A stretch of 64,000 nucleotides of DNA from Mytilus galloprovincialis (lineage: Eukaryota). Below the pieces are notes generated by a model. The model was not told the origin of the DNA and made no database searches. It was given only the letters and a program-made list of their open reading frames with translations. The stretch covers positions 69,974,935-70,038,934 of the forward strand of contig NC_134847.1 in assembly GCF_965363235.1 (NCBI RefSeq). Reading direction: 5' to 3'. This document shows, in pieces, positions 12,961-24,206 of this stretch. Each line of letters opens with the position of its first letter. The first letter of the stretch is position 1. The position numbers and the translations under genes are program-made.

Positions 12961-13500
12961 AGAAGTGTTTAAAGTAACTTTAACACCAAAAGAGAAGAGG
13001 GATAAAAAGATGATAAGGAAATAATATTTTGAAATAATACCATAAACAATATATTTTTCTTATTATCTATCCTGTGATGAAAGTCACTTAATATAATACA
13101 TATGAAAATATGGAGATGTGATTTGATTGCCAATATGCAAAGAGACAACTATTATCTATTAAAGTTCAATAAAGGCAAAAGTATGTCCTGCACAAATGAG
13201 AAAAACACCTCATTTTCATGGTTTACTATTTAAAGGTTTTGAACGATTCTACAGTGCACATGCATATTCATGTGGCATGGTTCTTCTTGACTGCATTTAC
13301 ATAGATCATTGATAATGTAAAGTTTCTGTGATACTTGTAGTTAAACCTTTATCTTAAAAACTTCCAATATAAAATCAATCAATGAAGTAGGATAAACCCT
13401 CTTAAGCATAATTGATTGAGATGTGTACCAAATGTCTTTTATGATTCAGTTTGTTGAATTTAGCTTCTCTCTTTATGATATAATTGTTTTTGTCTTTCAG

Positions 13501-13548
13501 CTAAAGGAAAAGAGCTCGAAAAGAAAGAAGTAAAGCAGAGAGGTGCAG
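13501..13548 (+). CDS. Candidate 48-nt micro-exon (AKGKELEKKEVKQRGAG) linking the actin-like exon to the proline-rich exon
   Basis: Acceptor tctttcag at 13499-13500 and donor G|GTAATT at 13549. Only one of three frames is open, and it is the frame demanded by the phase-1 end of exon 12216-12579. It also hands phase 1 to the exon at 17762. Confidence 0.3.
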
Positions 13549-14571
13549 GTAATTGTATTTCTGATTTTTAAAAAAACAACTTCACAATTGTACTTCATCA
13601 TTTAGCTGCTGATTCTGTTGTAGCACTAAGCCACCGACACTTTTCATCTGAACCAAATAGACATTTAAACTTTGGTCAATACTCAAATAAGCAAATAATT
13701 TCTAAAACCTAAAGAAAATTTTAAATGTCTCAGATTTTTGCAGCGTACGTTTGCCTTCTCTATAACAAAATCCCCTATTTCCCTTATTTCACAAACTTAT
13801 TACAAATGGTTCTTTTGCCTTGTATAATACTGCAATAAAGATAATTCACTCACAATATTGAATAAAGATGTCATTATACTTCCAAAGAAAAACTATCTAA
13901 ACACAAATAAATTTTTCCTAAAATTCCATACCTTTAAAGATGAAGATGTGGTTTGATTGCCAATGAGACATCCAAATGATACGAAAATTAACAGTTATAG
14001 GTCACTTTACAACCTTCAACAATGAGCAAAGCCCTTACCACATATAGTCAGCTATAAGAGGCTCCAATATCACAAATGTAAAAGAATTCAAACGAGAAAA
14101 CTAACCGCATGATTAATGTACAAAAAAAAGACTGAAGAGCAAGTATGTAACATAGCAACAAAAGACAACCTCTAAATTACAGGCTATTAACTAGGGACAG
14201 GCACATAAATACAGAATGTTGTAGGGCTAAACATTATAGCTGGCTGCCTGATTTATGAAAAATTTCCCTTGAGGAATGTTGACATTCGATTTAAAATCCT
14301 CCATAACATTATCTAAATATCTAAATAAAAAAAAGCCATCCAAAGGGGTTGGAAATATATTTAAGCACTTAATTATACTCATTCAAATCCTTAATAAGGG
14401 GTCTGACATGAAAATATAAAACAATTCAAATGAGAAAACTAACAGATTAAATTAAAAACAAAACAATTTAAGAAAAAAATAATTAAAGATATGAACTAAT
14501 AACCACTGAACAACAGGCAACCTGACTTTGAACTGGCACATAAAGAATGTGATAGGGTCAACATGTTTGTT

Positions 14572-14955
14572 AGTGCTTAACTCTCACACTAGTCTTAGAC
14601 AGTGGTGTTTAACTCTCACACTAATCTTAGACAGTGGTGTTTAAGTCTCACACTAGTCTTAGACAGTGGTGTTTAAGTCTCACACTAGTCTTAGACAGTG
14701 GTGTTTAACTCTCACACTAGTCTTAGACAGTGGTGTTTAACTCTCACACTAGTCTTAGACAGTGGTGTTTAACTCTCACACTAGTCTTAGACAGTGGTGT
14801 TTAAGTCTCACACTAGTCTTAGACAGTGGTGTTTAAGTCTCACACTAGTCTTAGACAGTGGTGTTTAACTCTCACACTAGTCTTAGACAGTGGTGTTTAA
14901 CTCTCACACTAGTCTTAGACAGTGGTGTTTAACTCTCACACTATTCTTACACATT
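14572..14955. repeat. Minisatellite: 30-bp unit (ttaa[c/g]tctcacactagtcttagacagtggtgt) x about 13, near-perfect
   Basis: Direct reading. No unique spacers between units, so not CRISPR. Confidence 0.9.
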
Positions 14956-15439
14956 GGACTAAACCGTTAAAATTAGTTGCAATTGGTTTAAGTCAAAAGA
15001 TCAGTAATAGTCATGAAAACAACTAAAGTGCTAAAAAAACAGGCAAAAAAAACCCAGAGATAAGAGAATTTGCAGTTAATATATTTTGTGCTGTTGTCAT
15101 CCTTTTGTTGAACATTTTCATATTTGCCTGGCAAGTCATAAATGTTGGCATAAATGATGAACAGCAGTTCACAATTAGACTTGACAAAACAAGTGGGATC
15201 TCTATACTATTACAATAAAAAATTTTAGAATGAGGAAGGGAAAAAAATTTATGTTTAATTTGAAAAGAACCTCAACCTGAGTGACAAATAACTCATTGGT
15301 GGACAAAAGTTATCTGATAAAAAAAAACACACACTTTGATATGAAACTTTCTACAAGAACAATTTTATAAGAAAAAAAAACATAAAACTCTCATAATAAG
15401 ATGGCACTAATTATAAACTCATGTAATACAACAGATTTA

Positions 15440-15495
15440 TTTTTATACGACCGCAAAATTTGAAAAATTTTTCGTCGTATATTGCTATCACGTTG

Positions 15496-15533
<38 letters not shown>

Positions 15534-17435
15534 CGAATACTTTTAGTTTTCGCACTCTAACTTTAGTAAAAGTGAATGGAAATCTATGAAATTTTAACAC
15601 AAGGTTTATGACCACAAAAGGAAGGTTGGTATTGATTTTGGGAGTTTTGGTCCCAACATTTTAGGAATTAGGGGCCAAAAAGGGCCCAAATAAGCATTTT
15701 CTTGGTTTTCGCACTATAACTTTAGTTTAAGTTAATAGAAATCTATGAAATTTTGACACAAGGTTTATGACCACAAAAGAACGGTTGGGATTGATTTTGG
15801 GAGTTTTGGTCTCAACAGTTTAGGAATTAGGGGCCAAAAAAGGGCCCAAATAAGCATTATTCTTGGTTTTCGCACAATAACTTTAGTTTAAGTAAATAGA
15901 AATCAATGAAATTTAAACACAATGTTAATGACTACAAAAGGAAGGTTGGTATTGATTTTGGGAGTTTAGGTCCCAACAGTTTAGGAATTAGGGGCCAAAA
16001 AGGGACCCAAATAAGCATTTTTCTTGGTTTTCGCACCATAACATTAGTACAAGTAAATAGAAATCTATGAAATTTAAACACAAGGTTTATGACCATAAAA
16101 GGAAGGTTGGTATTGATTTTGGGAGTTTTGGTCCCAACAGAATAAGGGGCCCAAAGGGTCCAAAATTAAACTTTGTTTGATTTCATCAAAATTGAATAAT
16201 TGGGGTTCTTTGATATGCCGAATCTAACTGTCATGACTGTGTATGTAGATTCTTAACTTTTGGTCCCGTTTTCAAATTGGTCTACATTAAGGTCCAAAGG
16301 GTCCAAAATTAAACTTAGTTTGATTTTGACAAAAAATGAATCAGTTAGGTTCTTTGATATGCTGAATCTAAAAAATGTACTTAGATTCTTGATTATTGGC
16401 CCAGTTTTCAAGTTGGTCCAAATCGGGGTCCAAAATTAAACTTTGTTTGATTTCATCAAAAATTGAATAAATGTAGTTCTTTGATATACCAAATCTAACT
16501 GTGTATGTAGATTCTTCATTTTTGGTCCTGTTTTCAAATTGGTCTACACTAAAGTCCAAAGGGTCCAAAATTAAACTTAGTCTGATTTTAACAAAAATTG
16601 AAATCTTGGGGTTCTTTGATATGCTGAATCCAAAAATGTATTTAGATTTTTTATTATGGGCCCAGTTTTCAAGTTGGTCCAAATCAGGATCTAAAATTAT
16701 TATATTAAGTATTGTGCAATAGCAAGTCTTTTCAATTGCACAGTATTGCGCAATGGCAAGAAATATCTAATTGCACAATATTGTGAAATAGCAAATTTTT
16801 TTTTAATTAGAGTTATCTTTCTTTGTCCAGAATAGTAAGCAAGAAATATCTAATTGCAAAATATTGTGCAATAGCAAGATTTTTTTTTAATTGGAGTTAT
16901 CTTTCTTTGTCCAGAATCAACTTAAATCTTTGTTATATACAATATACAATGTATATTCACTTTTTACTACCAACTGATAAATTAAAATAATCTTTACCAT
17001 TCAGTGATAACAAGCAGTTTTTTTACATCTTAATATTTTATGATGTATTTAAATGAGTAGTTATTGTTGCAAACTCCATTAGAAATTTTAATTGAGATTA
17101 GTTTTGGAATAAGGGAAAGGGGGATGTGATTAAAAAAATTGGGTTCAATTTTTCTCATTTGAAATTTCATAAATAAAAAAGAAAATTTCTTCAAACATTT
17201 TTTTGAGAGGATTAATATTCCAACAGCATAGTGAATTGCTCTAAGAGAAAACAAAAATTTTAAGTTCATTAGAACACATTCATTCTGTGTCAGAAACCTA
17301 TGCTGTGTCAACTATTTAATCACAATCCAAATTTAGAGCTGAATCCAGCTTGAATGTTGTGTCCATACTTGCCCCAACCGTTCAGGGTTCAACCTCTGCG
17401 GTCGTATAAAGCTGCGCCCTGCGGAGCATCTGGTT
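15440..17435. mobile_element. About 2-kb composite non-autonomous element, copy A
   Basis: Starts tttttatacgaccgc and ends ...gcggtcgtataaagctgcgccctgcggagcatctggtt. It contains (GTC)12 at 15495-15533, about 4 copies of a roughly 180-bp subrepeat, about 2.5 copies of a roughly 250-bp subrepeat (ggtccaaaattaaact...) and attgcacaatagcaag repeats. It is over 97% identical to 25977-27961. No ORF with any recognisable domain. Confidence 0.7.
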
Positions 17436-17761
17436 GACTTTGTTAAATGAACTAAGGATTAGCATCCAGTGGCAAATATTTCATGCAAATGCATTATGAA
17501 AACAGATAAACATTACTAGTACAATAAAATCCCCGAGTCCATGGCTGATAAATTATAATTAAGCCCTCTGCTATTCCTGTGTTTGCTAGTGAGGTCAGAA
17601 TTATATATTCATGCAAATGTGTAACCTACATATAATATTTATTCATATACTCATATTTATTGAATACACTAGAAAAGGTTGAAGATTATAATTTTTTTAG
17701 AAATATTAAGATACAATATTGAATGAAAAAATAGTTGATTTACAATTTTTGCATTTTGTAG

Positions 17762-18801
17762 ATACTTTGATGAAATATAGCAGGTCTTTAACCTTATCTT
17801 CAGATGAAGATACAATAGAATCTAGTGTACCTGACAAACATCAAGCATTAAAAAAACTATCTTATTCACCAAAAATGTTACCCCTAGTTCAGAAAAAAAA
17901 AATGTCAGAAGAACAACAACTATCAGACATGTTTTCTTTTGGTTCATTAATAAAAATACCACCAACCCAACCAGATGCATCACCACAATTTCAAACCCAA
18001 ATGCGTACTCCCAAACTATTCAGAGGAATGCCACCTTCACAACCACCAAGAGGAATGCATGTTGTTGGCTCTTCATCAGTAAAGTCAGATCCTCCATCGA
18101 TACAAATGTACTCTCCAATGTCTGCTGCACTAGCATTTCCAGAAGCAATATGTGATGAACTGTTGCCACAACAGGTTGGTCCACAGTTTGGAATACCCCC
18201 TCCTCCACCCCCTCTAGCATCATCAAGAGGGATACCACCACCCCCACCGCCTCTTCCATCAAGAGGAATGCCACCTCCAGCATCCCTACAATCAAGAGGA
18301 ATGCCAGTTAAAATTAAATGCTCAGCATCAGGAATGCCACCACTGCATCAACAGGGAAAACCACAACCACCTTTGCAGTCATCAAAACAAATGGACTCTT
18401 TAGTGTCTGGTGCACCACCACCTTCACTACTAAAAGAATTGAATCGTATGCTACCGGAACCAAGGTATGGTCCTCCAAAAGGAATACCACCACCGCCACC
18501 ACCACCAACAGGATTGCCGATTCCAAAAACACCATTTGGTCCTAGGGAAATGGCAAAGAGTAGTTCTTCTCATCTAAAACAAAATCAAGTATTTTCATCA
18601 ACATCACCAAGAGCACAATTACTTTCAGACATTTCAGATGGATCTTCAGCTAAAAAAATGAGTGGTTTAACTGCTCGTGGAGGATCAGCTCGTGTTTTGG
18701 GGAGTATAACAAAACCACTATCAATAATTGAGAAGGATATACCTAGCCAATTAGATTCTGCTGATAGCGTTCAAAAACAAAGTAATACTGAAGAATTAAT
18801 G
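17762..18801 (+). CDS. Large exon encoding a proline-rich (formin FH1-like G[IM]PPPPPP x4) region plus a WH2 actin-binding motif (RAQLLSDISDGSSAKK, WIP/verprolin-type)
   Basis: Acceptor ttttgtag at 17760-17761. About 1.04 kb open frame ..TLMKYSRSLTLSSDEDT...FGIPPPPPPLASSRGIPPPPPPLPSRGMPPP...GIPPPPPPPTGLP...SPRAQLLSDISDGSSAKKMSGLTARGG...NTEELM. Donor ATG|GTAAGT at 18802. The entry phase matches the upstream exons. The ORF-track start at 17719 is TTG. Confidence 0.65.
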
Positions 18802-19550
18802 GTAAGTAAAAAGATACCTGTACTTATAATATGAATGTCAAATGAATGATTAATTTGAACCAATTATAGATAATGACAAATGAAAAAGTTAGTTTAATTT
18901 GAACCAATTTTAGATAATATCAAACAAATAGTTCCGATTTTGAAAACTTAGTTTAAAAGTGTTGTTTTTACGATTTGCAAAATCTCATTTCCACCATCAG
19001 ATATATATGATATTATGATTCCTTGGGTTGCGAGTGTTTTCTATTTTAAAAGGAAATCTAAACTTCTTGTTCTTTTTCACATCGATTTATGTAATAGCAA
19101 AGAACAACTACTATCCTATATATGTCAGCATTTATATACTTGGCAAACGACTGTTCAGTCAACTTTGAATCCCTGCCATTGTTGTGATATGCTGAATAGA
19201 TTTGAACTGGTAGATGCGAAGCAGTCAGCTGTGAACAATAAAAACTCTTGTTAAAACTTATTTCAGTCACATTGTTTAACATGGAGCAAAAGCTCTCACC
19301 TCACTGCAAGTTTAAGACCTTAATAGCACTGGTTTATTGGAAATTCTTTGCAAACTAAATTAATGATTATGCCACAACTGTAAAAGAACAAAGCCATTCA
19401 GTAATATCAATAAAATAAATCACAGGCACATAGATCGAGATATATATGTTATATAACTTGGCAGGCAATGCTATATGTATAGGGCAAAAAATTAGATACA
19501 CTTTGTTAGATGAAAAACCTCATTTTTAAAATGATTTCTTAATTTTCTAG

Positions 19551-19609
19551 GTTGATTCCCATGCTTCATTATTTGATAATCTAAGGTCTAGAAAGTTTAA
19601 AAAGAGGAT
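19551..19609 (+). CDS. Candidate small exon (VDSHASLFDNLRSRKFKKR), amphipathic/basic, possibly a WASP 'C' (connector)-like helix
   Basis: Acceptor ttttctag at 19549-19550 and donor AT|GTAAGT at 19610. Only frame 0 is open, matching the phase-0 end of the previous exon. Confidence 0.3.
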
Positions 19610-21039
19610 GTAAGTATAAGGAAATACTGTGGATTCATTATTACATTTGTATTATGTGTTGGATACCACTTTTCATGGGCTTTGTGGGTAAAGGTGAAAC
19701 TGACAAATTTAAATATTCAACCAATGAGAAAGTTTATATGTATAGGATTGTATACAGACATTGACAAAACCATGAAACCAAATATCCACTGAAATGCAAG
19801 TTTTCTCAATCCACGAAAATTAGTACCCACAAAAAATTAATGTCATTTTATTTTGGTTAACAAGCATTTTTCTAGTTTTTAGACATTAACTTGTGTTCAA
19901 GTGTATGGATTTCTCTGAAATTGTACTGCAATGTACCATACCTTAAAGGGAAAGCTGGGATTGAGTTTGATAATTACTAAAAGGGAATTGAATAAAATTT
20001 GGGTAGGAACTTTTTTTCATATTTTTTTTTTTCTCTTCAAAATTTTCCATTTTGCAATTTATAGATAAAAGCAAAATAATACTGATATGGCAGGAGATAC
20101 ACCAAACATGATTTGTAAACTATATATGAAGTATTGTGCAATAGCATAGTATTGCACAATAGCAAAGTATTGCGCAATAGCAAGAACTCTTCAATTGCAC
20201 AGTATTGCACAATAGCAAGAAATCTTCAATTGCACAGTATGGGGCAAAAGCAAGTAATATCCAATTGCATAGTATTGCACAATAGCCCAATAGTGTGCAA
20301 TAACCTGAAATCTTCAATTGCAAATGGTATTGTGTAATGGCAAGAAATATTCAATTGAAAGTTAATACAAATATTTCAAGATCTTTCCCCACATTTATTT
20401 TGTGTCTCAGTATCAAGCTTGAGTATTGTGTCCAAACTGTTCAGGGTTCAATTTCTGCTGTCGTATCAAGCTGAGCTCGGTAAAGCAATTGATCCCATCT
20501 GTTTGCAAAGGCTTTAAATCTTTTGTAGGGGTTAAAACTGAGTTCAAATCAATGAATGTCAGCATATTAGAGGATTGAGGGACTAATGACTTATCCTAGG
20601 GTTTGATTGCTGTTTTGAAATTTATAATTGCAGTTCACATAATTTAAGAAAAACATTCACAATGATTTCAAAAAAAATGTCAGACCAGCTGAAATAAAAT
20701 TTGGAATCCCTTTAGGATGACAATTAATTATCAGTTATCAAAAAGAAAAAAAGTAGACATTTCTGGATTAAAAATATGTGTGGAATGATTGTAATTGAAA
20801 CAAATATGAAAAAAAGTTTACTTACTTTAAATGTTGATAATGTTTCATTTAAAACCATAACAAGCCCCTTATATATCCCTTTCAAACTTGAAAAGAGGAC
20901 TTCTACAACTGCTGCTTTGAAAAAAAAGTTTTTTTTATCATAGAAGTCAACATTGTTGATGTTCTAGTCAGAATGGCAGGATCAAAGCGCTATGTATGGC
21001 AAGCTGTTTTTATATTTAATCAATTTAAAGATATCTTGT

Positions 21040-21245
21040 AAAGTTAATAAGATATCTTATAAAGTATACAAGATATCTTATTTAATTTATAAGATATCTT
21101 ATTTATTCTATAAGATATCTTATATCTTTTCAAAGATATCTTTTAAACAAATAATTTATAAGATATCTTGTATAGTTTATGAGATATCTTTAAAAGTAAA
21201 TAAGATATCTTATTTTCTTTATAAGATATCTTATTTTTTCAAACT
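21040..21245. repeat. Array of a roughly 21-bp unit with a palindromic core AAGATATCTT (contains GATATC), about 10 copies
   Basis: Direct reading: ataagatatcttat + about 9-nt AT spacer, repeated. Same family at 21730-21850 and 22960-23275. Confidence 0.8.
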
Positions 21246-21729
21246 ATTTGAAATATGACATATTATTAATTTTATTTTAAAACAGTTACCTTATATAAAA
21301 TCTGTTGACTTTGATGCAAGTAATAATCAAGGAGAGATTGTGATGAAAAAAAAAACCATCGAAATATAATAGAAGTAAGCTAACAAAATAGTTTTTGTCA
21401 CATTTGGATAGAATAAAAGAGAGGTATGTTAACCATGGTTATAAAAAATGTAGATGACCATGCCAGCACAAGTGACTGGTTCAAAGAATGTGAAAATTCC
21501 TGTAATTTTTGTATCATATCCATTTGTGGACTAAGTCTCATTCTTGTCACTATTTCTGACTGACGAATTATGAAAGGGAGAGCATTTTGAGTTTATCAAC
21601 CCCCCCCCAAAAAAATGGAACTTAATAAAATATTTCAATTCTTTATAATAGTTTCGTAAATTCTTATTTCTAGATAAACAGAAAACAAATTGAAATGAGA
21701 TTGGTTATACATATTTTGAGTGAGACTTA

Positions 21730-21850
21730 TTTTATTTTAAATAGAATATCTTTAATAGTAATTAAGAAATCTTATATATTAAATAAGATATCTCTATTAT
21801 TAAATAACATATCTCTATTATTAAATAAGATATCTTATATATATTTGATA
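21730..21850. repeat. Degenerate block of the AAGATATCTT-core minisatellite
   Basis: aagaaatcttat, aagatatctctat, aagatatcttat copies. Confidence 0.6.
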
Positions 21851-22959
21851 TAATAAATAAGAATCTATCAAACAATAAACAATTACAAGTAAGAATTCTA
21901 ACAAACTAAATGTGATAAGTTTTTATGTTTATTTGATTTTATTTTTTTAAAGCAGAATTACCTAGAAAAAAGGACAAAAGAAATATCCTTGTTTTTATTG
22001 GGATTTTCGTTCTGGTAGTAAACTGTTATTTTCATATCTTTGCAATTTTTCCTGCTTGAAGCACATTAAATAAATTTCATTCATTTTGATAGGAAGCAAG
22101 GAATTGCCCTTTTCTCTTTCATTTATCGTGAAATAATCATTTACAATGAAACAGTGGATATGCATGTATCCCCCCTTTACCCATTTTTAGTAATTTGTAT
22201 GTTAACAAAATAGATAGAGGAAAATGTGGTAATTTACAATGAGACAACTCTCCATTCAAGTAAAAAATTATAAAAGTAAACCATTAAAGGTCAAGGTACA
22301 GCCTTCAATCCGAAGCTTTGGCTCACACTGAACAACAAGCTATAATTTTAGGGCTCCAAAAATTTATAGCTATAATAATATAGTGTAAAACAATTCAAAG
22401 GGGGAAACCAACGGCCTTATCTGTATATACCATGCACTTCCATTTAATACAGCAGAGAATAAATGTTTGCCAATAGAATTTAATAAAATTTGATAACAAA
22501 AATGGAGAAAACAAGCATTTATATATAGCTTTTATAAGTGCACAGTAATTATTTTGACATTATGCTGATGATCAGGGTTTGAATCTCAACAGGTATCATT
22601 AGTTGTAATCAAATCAAATACTGATGTTAACCAATTATAAATTTTTGGTGCATGCGAATTTAAATCAAAGATAGTTGTCTCTTTTTATTGTGAAATTATA
22701 TATGATCATATATCAATGTACATAACGGTGGCAAAACAGAAGTCAATTTTATTATTAATATATTACTGCTGGTGGGTGGTGAAGGACACTTAATATTTTA
22801 TTCTCCTCCTTTGGAGGTGTGCCTACACTGGCAGAATCTAACACAGATACAGATATGAATTAGCAACCTTGATCTGAATTGCTTTTGATTTTTTGATTGG
22901 TCAAACTTTTTTCCAACATACAGGGATACTTTATTTTAATTCGTAAAAAGAAAAGAAGA

Positions 22960-23275
22960 TATATTATTTAGTTAATAAGATATCTTATTTAGTTTTAAAG
23001 ATATCTTATTAAGTTTATAAGATATCTTTATAAGAAACTATATAAAAGATATCTTATATAGTTTATAAGATATTTTATAAACTTAATGAGATATCTTTTA
23101 AACTAAATAAGATATCTTATATGTTAAATAAGATATCTTGATAACAAGTTTTAATAAGATATCTTATTTATTTATCAAGATATCTCTATTAATTTATAAG
23201 ATATCTATTAATTTATAAGATATCTTATTTAATTATAAAGATATCTGATTTAACTTTCTACGATATCTTGAAAGT
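22960..23275. repeat. Array of the AAGATATCTT-core unit, about 17 copies
   Basis: Direct reading; unit phase about 19-21 bp, the same orientation of the unit+spacer as block 21040-21245. Confidence 0.8.
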
Positions 23276-23438
23276 GAATAAATATAAAAATGGCTTGCCA
23301 TAGCTATTCTGATTAGATCATATTTTAGATATTAAAACTTTATCAAAAGCCTTATTATGATTTAGATGATATACATTCTGATTGTGTAACAGTTTTATTA
23401 CAAAATAATAAATAAATCTTGATATCATATATTTGTAG

Positions 23439-23543
23439 GGGTAAGGCAAATGTCACAGACTATGCAGATAACCGATGGCATGTTGATGAAGATGATGAAG
23501 ATGATGAAGATGGTGATGATGATAACAGAGGAATGATGACTAA
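23439..23543 (+). CDS. Candidate exon encoding a W + poly-acidic stretch (NRWHVDEDDEDDEDGDDD), WASP-family 'A' region-like
   Basis: Acceptor atttgtag at 23437-23438 and donor AAG|GTAAAA at 23544. The split codon AT|G from exon 19551-19609 gives M-GKANVTDYADNRWHVDEDDEDDEDGDDDNRGMMTK in an open frame. Confidence 0.4.
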
Positions 23544-24047
23544 GGTAAAAAATAACAGGCTTAATAAAAAATAAATACTAATTAAGAAAGGTTAGAACTC
23601 AGATAATTAAATGAACAGTTTGTTTATGTGTTACATATTTGTTTTTCGTTCATTTTTTTATATAAATAAGGCCGTTAGTTTTCTCGTTTGAATTGTTATA
23701 CATTAGTTATTTCTATGCCTTTTATAGCTGACTATGCAGTATTGGTTTTGCTCATTGTTGAATGTGATACAGTGACCCACAGTTTTTATGACATTTGGTC
23801 TCTAATGGACAGTCATCTCATTTCAATTATAATACATCTTTTTATGTTCATATATAAACATAAATTCCAATGAGACATTTCAACATGTGTGCTTTTGTAT
23901 TTAAATATGCACACAAACTCAACCAGGTTTAGCTTATGTATCTCTGTATGTTAGTCATTTGATAGGAATGGAAAATATTCATGAAAGAAGATTGATATTA
24001 GATTAGATTAGATTAGATTATTAATGAGTTTTATAATATATAATCAG

Positions 24048-24206
24048 TTGGTGACAAGTGATGTTCATGGAATGAAAGTCAAGCTTTCAACAGAATCAGC
24101 AAAGCCAAGAGGATTTCTTTGCAAAATAGGAAGCGCAGTTAGCCCACGTCGAAGAGCAGCAATAGAGGCTAAAGATAGAGATTCATATGGGATAGATGTG
24201 AAAAAG
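24048..24206 (+). CDS. Candidate exon (LVTSDVHGMKVKLSTESAKPRGFLCKIGSAVSPRRRAAIEAKDRDSYGIDVKK), unknown domain; same or a neighbouring gene
   Basis: Acceptor aatcag at 24046-24047 and donor AAG|GTAATA at 24207; phase 0 to 0; 53 open codons. Confidence 0.3.

Noticed and set aside
14572-14955. Regularly spaced 30-bp repeats that might be read as a CRISPR array (also 12718-12875)
   Set aside because: Units are directly contiguous with no unique spacers, the context is eukaryotic with introns, and there are no cas genes. It is a minisatellite.
15391-15615. ORF with poly-Arg (RRRRRRRRRRRR) on the minus strand
   Set aside because: It is simply the (GTC)12 microsatellite inside the composite repeat.
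16368-16722. 100-140 aa ORFs repeated in both copies of the 2-kb element (16368..16682 -, 26782..27210 -, 26999..27250 +)
   Set aside because: They lie entirely within low-complexity tandem subrepeats (ggtccaaaattaaact...), have no recognisable domains, and their identity between copies is explained by element duplication, not selection on a protein.
17719-17761. ORF-track start codons such as 17719, 57746 and 3440 shown as M
   Set aside because: The underlying codons are TTG, because the ORF caller used bacterial initiation codons. In this eukaryotic sequence the 5' extensions before the splice acceptor (17760-17761) or before the first ATG (57758) are not coding.
18020-18545. Antisense and alternate-frame ORFs over the proline-rich exon (18020..18295 -, 18314..18535 -, 18318..18545 +)
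   Set aside because: These are artefacts of the repetitive CCN/GGN-rich sequence. The + strand frame encoding the FH1-like and WH2 motifs is the only one with homology and splice-site support.
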